DNA of 63,951 nucleotides, filler included, from Dimargaris cristalligena (lineage: Eukaryota), in assembly GCA_003614675.1 (NCBI GenBank). It is 3 parts of 3 records of this genome, joined end to end, with 100 filler letters (N's around TTAATTAATTAA, not from the genome) between each part and the next. Parts side by side here need not be neighbours in the genome. Positions count along the whole stretch, not along the records: positions 1 to 23,044 come from ML002622.1; positions 23,145 to 46,051 come from ML002623.1; 1 more part is not named here. One strand, written 5' to 3'. The position numbers and the translations under genes were made by a program. Under the pieces are notes generated by a model. The model saw nothing but the letters and a program-made list of their open reading frames with translations. It was not told the DNA's origin and did not search any database. The first letter of the stretch is position 1; each line of letters begins with the position of its first letter. Positions 11,957 to 25,596 of this stretch are shown one piece after another.

Positions 11957-14900
11957 ATGGACGACCTCACCCCCCAGGTAAGCCAGGCGGACCTGCTTTA
12001 CCCTGCCAAGGCCGCATTATTTAACATGCATTTACTTGATATATGCCCATGGTGATACCATCGGGACGCAGCCCCTTTTGAGTCTCTAATTTCCTATACC
12101 CCCCCTTTCCCCATATACTTTATAATATCCAACCGGCATCTTGACATTCTTTCTCATTCTCTCCTTTATTTATTTATTTATTTATTATTGTTGTTATTAT
12201 TAATTGACGTCCCCTCTATCCGATAACCTCCTACTGAACCGTATCAGCTCTTCGAGGAGTGCGGGTACCGTCCACATAGCGAAATCAACCTGACCGAGCA
12301 ACCCGCCTCGCTCGCGTCCCTATTCCCCACCCCACCGGCCCTTCATCCCGCCTACACCCGGGAGCGGCAGAATAGCACCGCGTCTGAAAGTCACCGCGAT
12401 GGTGGAATACCATGCCACCCCGCACAAGGGGGGCGTCGGAGGGCGGATACCGAATCCGGCGAGCCCCGCGGCCCGTCCTCCCAGTTAGATGTCAACACCA
12501 ACGGTTGCGTCTATTCCCAACTGTTCTGGCTCAATCCCTTGCTCCCCAAAGACCACCTCAACTTTTTAGGTTACCATGATGTGGTGGGTCCCGTCTGTAT
12601 ATCCACCCTCCCCAGCGGCGAAAGTGGCTGGTACCACGTTTTCGTTCGGACCCCTTTGAAGTTTTCCTTAGTCCAGGTTCCTCTGTCCCGCCTTGAAGGC
12701 GCGGAGGCCCGGGCCATCCAAAGATTCCTGCCCGCGAAGGCTCCCCACAAATTACTCCTCTATTTCGTACTCGATACCTATTTCCAGCAGGTGGATATCT
12801 CACGGGCCCGGTACCGGGACTGGCAGGCCCAGGCCGAACAGCTCACCGGTGGACTTTCCGGTTTAAGTTTGTTACCTAGCTTCGCCGAGACGGTGGCCTC
12901 CGGACCACCCCACTCAGCGGCGACTAATACTCTAGTGACCCGGGTGGCCATGTCTGACCCCCCCTCTTTCGCCAATGACTCCGCCGACACTTCCCCATCC
13001 CCACCCCCCATGATGCTCCCCGAACACTACGATAACCTTGAAAGTGACCTCGTCCCTAATCCCCAACACCCTAATTCACCCGCGCGGGGTACGTCGCGCG
13101 GGAATACCACCCCTAACAAACATGTGCGGTGGCCCCCCCTTAATGTATGCGGGGGCGACGAAGGGTCCTCCTCCACCGGCTCGACTTCCCAACCGTCCAT
13201 GGCCGTTTCCAATGCCAGTACCCTCTGTGATATGATGGCCGAGTCGACATTGCAACCCGATGAAGCTCCCCCTAAGTCCTCCCTAAACGCCCGGCATCTA
13301 CTCGACCTCGTCCTTGCCATTGAGCCGCTAAACGGGGAAAGTCTCAAACCGGCCCTTCGTAACCTAGAACCCCGCCTCATTCGGCGTTACCACGATGTGG
13401 ACATCGTCGTTTGCCACTCCGAAAATCACTCTTCCTCCCATTTACAGTTTCAGCGGTTCCTCCAGATTCTGGGCCAACCGTTTACCTACCAACAACTCTG
13501 GGCCTCTATCCCACGGTCCAATATGATTCCCGGGGCCGTGAATCCTGTCAACCATCCCCTTCCGGCCGATACATTGGATCCAATAGAAGAAACCTTTTAC
13601 CGCCCCACCAAGGTCCGATCCGCTGCTAGCATGGCCGAGAAACGGGCGAGTATTATCCACGAGCTGGTTTATACCGAGCGCAGCTACGTGCAGAAGTTGC
13701 AGGCCTTAATCGCCGTCTACGTAGTGCCCCTTCGCTCGGCTTCCCGGTCCGGTAAAAGTCAGCTTATTCCGACGTACATGGCCAATGCGATTTTCACCAA
13801 CGTGGAACAGCTGGTGGCGGTTAACGAGGCCTTTCTGGCCGATTTAGAAAAATTGGAACATGAGAATGAGGTGCGGGAGCGGGCAGCGCCCTCATATTAT
13901 GGCCACGGTCATCGCCCTGATGAAACTGGGGTAGGTCACTTAGGGTGTTTCTCGGACGATGGTAACGCTATGGATGGGAACTGGTCCGAACATCAGTCTG
14001 TTGGTCAAATCTGCCTCCACCACGTGAGTAATTTTGACGTGTATAAGCGGTATATTAATGGTTACCAGCACGCCCTCGAGTGCTCCAGCCAATTGGAGAA
14101 GAAGAACGAATCCTACCGTCACTTCCTGGCTCGCAGCCGCGATCATCCGTCGTGCCATAAGTTGGGTATCTCGGACCTTCTTGTTATGCCTGTCCAGCGC
14201 ATTCCCCGCTACACCTTACTTTTTACCGACTTGCTCAAGAACACCCCCGTTGGCCACCCGGACCATTCCGAAATCCAGCGGGCCCTCGACCGAGTTCACG
14301 AAATTGGCCAGCTAGCCGACAATCAAATCACCGATGCCCTCACCGAATTGCATACCATCCACGGACACATCGCGGAATGCCCCGCCAGTTTGATTAGCGC
14401 CTCCCGCCGACTCCTAATTTCGATTGATGCAACCGAACTGGACTTTAGTACCTCCACCATTCTTAAGCACGTCACCTTGTATCTTTTCACCGACCGCATC
14501 ATGATCGTGGAACGGCCTCCCCACATCACGGGTTCCCAGAGCACCAGTAAAAAGAAGGTGTACAAGTTCCTGACCTGGATGGACATTTGCTCCATGGAAG
14601 TTTTGGAGACAACCGGGCCCGGTAGCACCAATCGATTCTATATGCAATGTCACGAAACGCCCTGTTTGGACCCATACTGGGAAGCTAAACCCCTGCACGC
14701 CTTTTCCGTCAGCGGCACGAACGACCGCCAGCGTTGGGTTCAGCGTTTTTATGCCGCCCATGCCCTGCGTCGCTCGGCCATTCTTATGGACGATCCCCGC
14801 AGCCCTGGTATCCCTAACAATAACATGAATTTCCTCAACCCCATGAGTTCTGGTACATCCACCGCTGCTTCGGCCTCTTCGTCTAATCCTAGCACCGCGA

Positions 14901-17436
14901 CGGCCAATCAATCGTCTACCGGGTCGTCGAGTTACCGTAAACACCACAGCAGCCACCACCGCCTCTATCGCCAGTTTCATCAGGACGAGTTTCAAATCGT
15001 GTTCCACGTGCATTATGATGTAAACGTATATCTCGATGCCCGACACAAGTGCGATACCGTTTTCTTGTACACTGATGATCAAACGGGCCATAGCGGTGGA
15101 GGGGCCAATGGTGAAAATGAGTCGGGTGATTGCGATCAGGGCGAGTCCCCCTTCCATCACTTTGTTAATAGCGTCCTAGTCCAGCCCCGCGAAGCCCACC
15201 TTAATCCCCATATGGTCGGTGTCGTTAAATCCCAGCGTGGGCGTATGAGTTTATCCGTTTTTAACCGGTCACTAGCCCCCATGGACTTCGCTTCCAATCC
15301 CCTAGGAGCTGCCGATTCTACCCCTCCCCCAATGCCGCCACCCATGCGATCATCATCGTTGGCCGCCGATGAGGATACTGACTCGCCCCAAACCGCAGCA
15401 ACCGTGGCAGCTGCCCTAATGCGGGCATCCAAACTGTTCGGTAACTCCCCGTCATCCACTGGGTTGAAAATAACGAAGGATAAATTCGATTCGGCTAACC
15501 CGTCGGCAGCTAACTCCAATGTCAATTCGTTTATCGGAGAGGAGGATAAAACGGTCATGTCGTCCATGGTCACTTCCGTGCCCGACGAGGGTGAATTAGT
15601 GCGACCGGCCAAAGCAGTGACCTCGTTGGGTGACTTTGAGCGGGAATTTCTAGATGAAGGTAGGTGAATTTTTATATTGCATACTCGTTGATGGCTGGAT
15701 CATGGTGGTTCCTTTATCATCGATTGTATGATTAACCCCCCTATTGTATATTAGTTTCCTTTCTATTAGATTTTGACCTCACCTTATTTTTATTCACTCT
15801 AATTAATACTAATCAACTTTTATCGTACATCTTTGACTACTTTCTTTTGTGGTTAATACACATTTGTATATTTTCCTGCTGCTTAGTTCTCAACTGCAAG
15901 TCCGATTTACTACACTCGATGGTTCACTTACCAACTCAGCAACTCTATAACCAGCTGTTTCTGGAAAGTCTCTTCGGTCTTCATTTAACACCCGTTCAGT
16001 CGTACGCTTACACCGCCTATACCCCTCTGAAGCGTTCCAATGCCAGCCAGTTCTCCATCGCTAGCCCAAGCTCATTTACGTCGGCCCCTATCCCCATCAC
16101 CCCCTCATCCGCCGCCTTTATTCACCGGTCTCCCTCAACCGGATCCATTACCCAACCGACTACCCCCTCGTCGGCTGCGCTGCTGTCGGCCAAGAACACT
16201 CCTCACCATACCCCGTCGAGTCATGGGGCGGGAGCCCCTGGTACCACCACTTTTATCGTAAATACTAATTCACCACCCGCCTCGGGGTCAGGTAATATAC
16301 TACGGAGAGCACGTAATTGGACCTCCCGTCTCGTTAAGACCAAGAGGTCTAATCCCGCACTAGCCGCCCATCAATCGTTCGCAATGGCTAACGAAGGTCG
16401 TAACATGGAGCCCTCGGGTACTATGACTCCCGCACGTAATGCCGTTTCCATTGACGGCCAGTCCGTTGGTTATCATCCTCAATACCATCCTCATCATCAC
16501 CACCCTCATTATATTCACCACCAGCAGCAGCACCATTTACCACACATGCAACATAGTCAGTCAGCTACCAATGCGGGGATGGACCTGGGTTACATCAAAC
16601 CCACCTCTCTAGGCCTTTCGGGCGCATCTGGCAAACCCTCTGGAAGTATCAGTTCGACCCAGTTAGTCGGTGGTGGCCCCGGAGGCGGTCCTATGGGTAA
16701 ACCGCCGGCACCGGGTTTCATTAGTCGCAATTCATTCGCGTCCATTTCGTCCACGGCTTTGGTCGATCCCATGGGCGGCACTAACGAGAATTCGTCAATG
16801 GTGCGTAGTTCGGTGTATTCATCGGGGGCCGGTCTTAGCGGCATGGGCGGATCGGGTGGTGGCGGCCCTGGGTCTGGTGGTGGTGCCGCAGGGGGCCGTC
16901 CGCTCAGTATATTCGGTTCGCCAGGCGGATCGATCTTTGGCCCCCTCCAGAGTAACGCCTATTTTAGTATCCTGGGCAAATATAAGATTAAGTCAGGTAC
17001 TTCGCGTCGGAATTTGACGGACCGACGACCCAAATCGATGGTCATAGGCAATGAACATGGTAATAACGGTGGTCATGGGGCAGTAGGTGCGACCAACAAC
17101 AGCCCACTAGCTGTAGTTCCCCCCCAGCAGCATGCCAAACCTTATCACTCGGCGGACCCTAATGGGCCTAGCCGCAACAGTCAATCGCCGCATAGTGCGA
17201 GCACCCGGCCGCTCAGCATGGTCATGTCTATGTCTCCGCCGAATTCGACCGATTCCAATACTTCCATCGTCGGTGGCTGTATGACTCGGCCCTCGGCTGG
17301 AATCCCTAAGCCGGAACTGCCTGATATCACCTCGTCGCCTCTTAATTTCCCAATGGAGCTGATGGGCAGTGGGTCTTTTCTCAATAATTCATCCTACCGA
17401 TCCTCGCCCGATAACAAGCCCTTCAGAGACAACTAA
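11957..17436 (+). CDS. Large Rho guanine nucleotide exchange factor (DH-PH) flanked by RapGAP-like segments, with a disordered C-tail
   Basis: Exons 11957-11977, 12248-15659 and 15887-17436; GT-AG introns in phases 0 and 1 join in frame. DH motifs IIHELVYTERSYVQKL, IFTNVEQL and LLVMPVQRIPRYTLLF; PH-like LYLFTDRIMI...RQRWVQRF. Confidence 0.88.
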
Positions 17437-18593
17437 TTCGTACTCGCCCACATTATGTGGCTCATTGTATATGGGTAAATATCAAATACTTCCACCTAGC
17501 ATCCCATCTCCTCTCGTATTATTGCTGGTTATTTTCCAAAAAAGTATTGACCAAATTAGTTTATTCCCTTAACCAAATTTTTCGTTTATTGTTCAGGCGG
17601 GAACCTCTTTCTGCCTTTCCCTCACCTTACCCTAATTTCCTCGCTTGATAGCATATGTTTTAAAGCCTACCATTTTGATATTTCGCGTTTGTCCTTCTAT
17701 CCATTCTCCTCTATTTTACGTATATATTCATTTATATAGATATATGTCATTGCCTTCAGCTAGACAATTCCTAAAACCTTTCCGTTTCATCTCTTCCACT
17801 CACCCGTCGAATGACTCAATTTTTAATGCTTTGTTTTTTTATTTTTATTTTGCCTACTCTGTTTATTTTTATAATGACCGGAATCCTATGGGCTAACATT
17901 CAATGCCACTCCCCTCTAGATATTAATTATTTTATTACATACTTCAATAAGCTATCTTTAATTTTATACTTACCTTTCGGTTAAATCTATCTCGCTACCC
18001 CTGTACTTTGCCAAATCACCTCGGTCTCTTCGCGTTCCTTACTCGTTTCATTCGATTATTATTCATTGCATGAGCGATTATTATTATTATAATTATATAA
18101 GTCGTTAGCGCAATCTGAACACTACATGTTCCTCTATTCCTCTCCCACACTTTTGCATTCATTGTATACATTAATCGAATCATTGTTTTACTGTGCTTCG
18201 ATCCCTGGCCGCGTCCCTTTTCCTATTACTCCCAAAAGAATATCACTACCCATTGTGATTCATTATTTAATAAACTTTCCAAGTGTATCCTGTTTTACAC
18301 TTTCCTCTCCTATTTTACGATTATCAACGTGTATAGATTTAACCTTACACCATTCATAAGGCTTAACTGGAGGGTACTTTGGGTGTATGCCTTAAGAGAA
18401 ATGCACAACTGATGTCGCTTTTACAATTCAAGTTACATTAATATATTAATTAATAAACCAATAAGGTGGAGAGGGAGTGTTGGTTGTGAATTGGTCAGGA
18501 TCAATTACCTGCACATTGATAGTTAAGAATAAGTATATATATATATATATAAATTTCCCTCATGCTTGGTAGGATTTTTAGTTGTCAGATATA

Positions 18594-21500
18594 CTAGGAC
18601 GAGAAGGGATCAAACATGCGTAGGCTTTCCGAGTTGACCTGGGAGGCCGATGGGGCTTGGGGTTTAGGGATCGCATTGTTGGCCGGGGTAAGCGGTACTA
18701 GTGACGGTGTAGGAATGTTAAACCCCGCTGTAGACGCGGTTGTTGGTGCAATGGGCCTACTGTTCATAGTGGCTATAGAGGAAAGCGGGGGGCTTTTCAT
18801 ATTAGACGGGGTCAACACTGGTGTGGTCCAAGCGTTCGATGAAGCCAGGGCGGATTGTAGGGGGGCCGTGGAGGTCGATGCAGTGGGCGTCGGTTTAGGG
18901 GCAAACGAGGACGACGACGACAATGACCACGCCGGTGTGCCGGCCCCATATCCTGCACCGGAGGCCACCCCCACCCCACTGCCCGATGATATCGAGCCCC
19001 GGGGGGATGATCGTGGTGGTTTAGGGAGGGCAAAAGCCGATAGTCCGGCCGCATTAACCGTCGGTGATTTATGGGTCGACCGGACCGGGGCTGTGGCCTG
19101 AGGTGTACTCCAATGACTCGTGCCGGCGTAATTTGTGGGAGAAGTGACCGTGGTTGCCGTCGTCGGAGTCAGCACGGAACCCAAGGAGGAGGTTGATAAC
19201 GAAGAAGGCAGGTTACTATTATTACTTCCGAGGGTCTGCTGCTTATACTGCTGGTATTTGTTCTTGAGGGAATGATTGGCCAGGCTACCACTGTTTTGGT
19301 TAAGGCCCAGACTAGATGGCTTAGCGGTTGACCACGCGGGTGTGGCCGAGTGCCAGTCACCCATATCTCCACCACCACCGCTGTTGAACATCGAGTTGTT
19401 ATTGGCCGACTGCGGCGACAGAGGTGTGTTCCACTGGGATTGACCCGCGGGTGAAGCGGTTGAGGTTGATGCCACGGGAAATTGGTTGGAGGATGCCCAG
19501 TCGGTGGTTCCGGGCGCCGCCCCCGACGATAGAGTGGGGTCCAAGGTAAGGTTCCGGAAGGGGTGGTTGAAGTCGACACCCCCGACGGCCGTGGGAGTCG
19601 CCATCGAAGCGGGCTTCTTACCCTGCACTAGGCTTTCAAAGGCATCTAGTCGATCGCCCGAGGCGACACTGGCGCCGTCCAGTGCAGAGGCAGACACTAT
19701 ATAATCAATAAAGTCAAAATATGGGGTTGTCAGAAACACAGTAAAACAAAGCATTAGTTTAAACGTAGTATCGCAAGAGTAACCACATGCCGAATTACCT
19801 TAGAAGGCCAACAATCCAGTGGAATTCCTCGCCTTTGGTTGATTGAAAGAGGTAATGCGCAAATATTAGGGATCACCCCCCCCCCTCATTATTTTGTCAA
19901 ACACCATAAAAACGCTCATAAATATAGCAAAATAAAATGCACTTACTGGCTGGGGATACCCCAACGGGGGTTCCCATCATGGGCGGGGCCGCTTCGCCAT
20001 TTGCCTGGCCGAGTCGGGAAATATCCTGTAAATGCTTGAGCTGTTGCTCCTCCACCCGTTTCGACATATCCCGGATGACGCCCATGAACCGCTGGAACTG
20101 CGCGGGGTTCAATTGGGGTTCCATGCACAGCCGCCACAGTTCCGGTATAATATCCGTGGCCAACGTCTCCTTCTCCAGGTATTTCATGCCCATTTCTTCG
20201 TACACGATCATAATGGCCAGAATCACCCCGGGTTCGCGGGTCTTGGTCCGTTTGAGCATCGGTACCAATTTCTCCGTCATGGTAAACTTGTCCAAAATTT
20301 TGAGCATGGAGTGGAAGCATTTAAGGGCATTGACCTTCACCGAGAGGACCGTCGCTTTGGAATACACCGTTTGGACTTTGGGGAACAGGGCGTTCTTCAC
20401 AATGGTGTAGTCCAGGGCCTCCGAGAGTTGCGGAATAATCAAGAGGGCCTTGTCAATCACCTGAGGGTTACTGGTTTCGAGCGCAGAATGGACCACGGGC
20501 ATCACATCCTCCCGGAATTCCTTTTCGGGGGTCTTGTCCTTGAGCACGTCGAGTTTATCGAGAAACACCAACAGGTTCTGGGGGGGATCCCGTACAGTCA
20601 GAATGGGTTTGAGGGTGGGGAAAACCTTGTCCATAAATTCCCGGGAATTGAGTTTGCCGATGATGAAGAAGACGTTGGGGAGGGTATACGGGAGCAGGCT
20701 ATGATCTTTTAATTCCTCGAGCAGACCCACGAGGATTTTGCGTTTGAGGACCCGTTCCGGGTACTGGGGTAGGATACGCGGCAGACCCTGCATGAACAGG
20801 ATTTTGTTTTCCTTGGACTTTTCGCAAAGTGCTTCGAGGTAGCGAATGGTCGACATGAGGACGTTATCGAAGAATTGGCTACTCTGAAATGACTCGAGAC
20901 TCATACGGGCTTTGGGGTCGCGGGATAAAAGTAGACGCACAACGGGTTCCAAAAAACGGGGCAGGAAATCCAGCTTGGCCTGGGGCAGACGCTGGATTTG
21001 GCGGCGGTAGGCATCGACATCGTTGCGGCAGAAGAGGATGGAATTACCCAGCTGTTCGACGGAATCCGTGCTTTCGTCGTGTCGCCCGTGAACAGCGACG
21101 GCAAAACAACCTAGGGCGAATACATCGTTGCTGACATCGCAGACGCCGTCCAGCACGTATTCAGGGGCTGTATACGTATCCAATGGGTATAGTAATAGAC
21201 ATAGTTTGAGGAGAATGAGTAAAGCGCTAGCGGCTAATATGTATATAACCAAATATATACGCTGATTATGCACGACCGACGTTCCATACTAGTGTACCGA
21301 AATAAGCATTGCGTCCTCCATAGTTAAAGTTCGCCGGGTTCCCTAATAATTATAACACAGCTACTTACCCAGGTAGTCCAGTGCGGGTTGGCAGTGTGGT
21401 GGGAGCTGGTGGGCGAATTCGAAATGGATAGATGTGGGGAACAGAGTGCCGTTCTGGTAATTGAGAAACGTACTGAACCCAAGGCCGCCTAATTTCCAGT

Positions 21501-22301
21501 CACCCTTGACGTTGACGAAGATTGAACTGGGGGTTAGGTTGCCATGGACTAACCGGGCATCATTATGGCAAAACTGGAGAGCCTTGGAGACTTGTAGCAA
21601 CCCTTTTTGAATCTACCGTATGGGGAATAGCGCCAAGAGAGTGGGTAATTTGACCAAATCATTAGTAAATAAATCAGTGGGACGAAACGAACGGTATGTG
21701 TTACGTCACTGGAGGGGTCTTATGTATGAAAAAAAGGTCACGAACACACACACGCGCACTCATGGTGAATAGATGATGACCACCTCTATTGAGTTGCAGT
21801 CGGAATAACTTGGACTCCAGTAGTTTGAATAGTCTCACCTACCTCTAGTTCGTCCAGTTCGAATTCGTCTTGGTTAGTCCCATCGCTCGAGTTCCACTGG
21901 CGCGACCGTTGACCATACTGAATATCCTTGGCAATAATATCGGCCAGACAGCCCGTCAACGGTTCGGTCACGAACGTCAACGCTGACCGAGTATCTTCCA
22001 ACGGCTCCACCACTTCCAGAATCGATGGGTGCCGTAGTCGGGTCAACTGACCAACTTCTTTCTTGAGCGTTTCCAAAATGCCCTCCTGTTCGGCCCGAGA
22101 AATGAGTTGGCGATGCACCCCCGAATCGAAGTACTTCTTGTCGAACTCGAATATCGCCACTGGTTTACCGGTACTCCGCTTCTTTCCCGTATGGATGGTC
22201 CAGAGTCCCGCGCTACCGAGTTCGGCCCTGGTTTCATACTCCCGCCAGATGGCGCTGCCGGTGGGCACAAAACGAGAAAGTGAGCTAATATAGCTCTGCA
22301 T
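18594..22301 (-). CDS. SCY1: SCY1-like (SCYL2/Ppk32-type) pseudokinase with HEAT repeats
   Basis: Exons 22301-21843, 21612-21369, 21167-19947 and 19696-18594. Splicing rebuilds ELEIQKGLLQ and DYLAPEY; also RLRHPSILEVVEPLE, HGNLTPSSIFVNVKGDWKLGG, HEAT region and S/T/P-rich tail. Confidence 0.93.
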
Positions 22302-22753
22302 GGCGGTGGTTGAAGCACTAAAGGAATGCGGGTGGGAATGGGGTACGCTATAAAGGGTGAAACACCAAACTAACTATTAATATATATATATATGTATGTA
22401 TATAACACTAGCCCTGCCGGGTCAGAAAGCGATTGCTGAAGTTTTACAAAAAGCGAGATGGTGGGATGGGTACACCGTTACCTACAGAAAGGGTCCCTGT
22501 GCTCAGCTTGCTTGGGACCTGCCTTTTCCCTCAATTCACTGTTGCCGAATCTTTCTTGGCGAAGTGCATTGGTAAGCCTAAGATGTATTCAACTGCCACT
22601 CAAACTTCACTATAGGATTGAGACTAGTCAGCAATTACTCACAATAACAGGGAGCAGGGTTCTATAAATATAACATGGGGAATAAATGAGTATTACTCAA
22701 GATGGCCCATGAGGCACCAAACAGGTTAATAGGTAAAATAAACAAAATATAAA

Positions 22754-22828
22754 TGCCTCATACAGGGATCGAACCTGTGACCTTCGCGTTATTAGCACGA
22801 CGCTCTAAACCAACTGAGCTAATAAGGC
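22754..22828 (-). tRNA. tRNA-Ile(AAU)
   Basis: Minus strand GCCTTAT-TAGCTCAGTTGGTTTAGAGC-G-TCGTG-CT-AAT-AA-CGCGA-AGGTC-ACAGG-TTCGATC-CCTGT-ATGAGGC-A. Full cloverleaf, followed by a T-rich Pol III terminator. Confidence 0.96.
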
Positions 22829-23044
22829 ATTTTTATTATTGTTGTTGTTGTGGTAGGACCTGAGACCACTTAGTTAACCATAGTATTCCCTGATTAATCA
22901 CATATATCCTTTTATCAACGAAGTTCTGATTTATTATTTTATAGCCTTGCAATATCATAGCAAGTGAGAAATACATCAAATATCATTCGCATTTATATTT
23001 GATATCATCATTAGCCAGATATATTCGTAAACTCGTCATTATGT

Positions 23045-23144
23045 NNNNNNNNNNNNNNNNNNNNNNNNNNNNNNNNNNNNNNNNNNNNTTAATTAATTAA
23101 NNNNNNNNNNNNNNNNNNNNNNNNNNNNNNNNNNNNNNNNNNNN
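23045..23144. other. Assembly spacer N44-TTAATTAATTAA-N44
   Basis: 100-nt gap containing a six-frame stop linker; identical to the one at 46052-46151. Confidence 0.97.
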
Positions 23145-25596
23145 ATTGTGGTGGTGCTTTTTTATATGCCTTTACTGGTCCGGTTGGGTTGCAGGGAAAG
23201 TGGGCGGTGGTGCGTTTTACAGAGGCGGTGGGGGCCACCTTGTTTTGCGGTTTGTTGCTGGGTTTTATTTAGTTTTGATGTTTTGGTTTAGAATGCCATT
23301 CTCCAGCAATATCACTGATGGCCATTCTTTCGGGGATCTGGCCTTTATTCTATATTTGGGCTCCAGTTTGCTCACTGTCGAAGTAGCCTTTAATTGACGG
23401 TGTGTACCAAATATATACATATCCAACTTGGCGTAATCTCATATACATATATTTACGTAATCTTTTTCAATTTGTATTTTTGTAGGATATTGTTGATCTT
23501 TCTCGGTTTTAAGACTTTCTTAGCCAAGTGGCACGACCCATAGCTTACCCGCCCGCATTTGTCCAGGTTTGTTTATGCAATTGTTGAATCTTCTAGATTG
23601 CTGATGGCGCAACTTCCTAGACTTTTCAGTATAGTTGTTCTGCTGGTATTGTCGGGGAAAGTCCACCCGCAAATATTTTATGCAGCCTTCACTAACGCCC
23701 TACAGTTACCAGTCGTTTGTATGATTTCTGTATTCTTTGAAATTGTAAGGGTGTATTTTTGCCATCTCCTACCTCACTGTCATTTAGACATAGGCCCAGT
23801 CTTTCCAAACGTCATGGTAGTACATATGGGTGAAGTTCAGCTTGGTTGTATAAGGGTTTAACTGATATGTGTATGGGAAAATCGGTGGGATGTTTATTTT
23901 CAACCAGTAGTATTTGCCTCATCAAATGGACTTTTCGTTATACAGCCTTGTTGAACTACTCTCATATTGATATTAGCAATAAGCTGCAAATTCCCTACTG
24001 TTTGCTGTCCATCATGCTCAGTGAGCATGTTGACCTGCTTCCCAGGCCTCACTTTATACTCTTTGTTGCCCCTGTCTGAACTAGTGCAGGATGTAGTACT
24101 GGTTGAAATGATTGCTTGAGTGGGATTTTCAGTGGTGTAATTTCTAATCCCAATTCGGCTGCTCACGCATGGATGACCAATATTTATGACCAATCAGCGA
24201 CTGCTACATCATTCGGAGACTTTCCCAGGCAAGCTGGGACTGATTGGGATGTCCACCGGTATTGGATGGCCCAAGTCTCAACGGGGCTCATTCAAGGGGG
24301 GCTTATATTTGGGTCATGTGAGATTCTCAACTACCATCGGGTGCAATCGGCTAAGTTGAGCTGGTCAATGTTAATGAGTTAATGGGGGGGATGAGGTTCT
24401 AATTATACACCTCATTTATATTACTCAGAATCCCGGTCTAATGGATCGTTCCGCACCCATATGTTACAATACTGGTGTTTTATTTCGACTATGCTGGATT
24501 TTTCGCCGGACCAAGTCACTGGGTTCTCTGTATTGCTGTGCGAAACCCCCTGATTCAAAATTGCATATATGCCTCTCGCCAACATATCCTCATTATTGGT
24601 CGTGTTTTCACGGACTTTTATCAAGTAGCAGTGTATTCGATTGTTTTTGACGATGTGTGAATTGTACATCAATGTCACAGTTGGCTAATGGCTCTATTAT
24701 GGCGATTTTTGCCGCAATAATTCCATTTTCAGAATAATCGACATGATTCGAATATGGAATACAGCCCTCATACTATCGCAGAGTCACTCTTTTGTGAATC
24801 TTCGTGGCTGTCCATATTGAAATAATAATTTTGGGACCAGTGTTTGCTGCTGAAATTGTAATATATATATATATCATCAGCTTATTAACGGGTATGGTCA
24901 TGTTTCTGGTTCTAGATCCCTATTGCAAAGCGGTCCTATGAACATTGGCCTTACTATTTAGATATCCAATTGCTATTATAGCCACATATTAGAGTATTCC
25001 TAATACCTTAAAGGTATACGAAATTAGCTCTTCCAATGCATTTACTAAACCAGTCGTCGGATATGAGCTATGGTATCAATAAAAATACTGTATTTCAGTT
25101 AAATAGCCCCCAGAACCCATTGCTCGATAGATGATTACCCACGAATTAAACGTAACGCTATACAAGGTAGTTTATTCAGTGGAGCGTATTGTTCATGATA
25201 GTGAGAATGCTTCTAACAATTTCTTCATAAACATTAAATCACCATGCGGTTTAATAGCTTGGTGTCTATTTTCTTCATACAGACTGGACTTGGGTTGATC
25301 AGCGGGCGGAACTATACGGTGCCAAATGCTGATCTTCTAATCTCTAGAGTATTACTGAAATGATGGAGTGAATTCTTATAGAGTTTATTATCAGTGGGGC
25401 CTCTAGCATATCCGGACTTACCCGCTATTTACTACCTGAATAGCTGCAACTGAAACAGAATAGACACTGCGGAAAGGTCATTACTGATTTGCTTAAAAGG
25501 TTTATAAGTCATAAATTGGGGTCTTTGTTCCGGAACATGTATCAAAGAGCCACCCTCACTTTTATATGCGACTGTACATGATACGGAAGGTGTTAT

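Noticed and set aside
23089-23100. TTAATTAATTAA palindrome inside N runs (also 46096-46107)
   Set aside because: Artificial six-frame-stop contig linker, not biology. Adjacency across it, such as Gypsy next to the repeat-protein gene, cannot be trusted.
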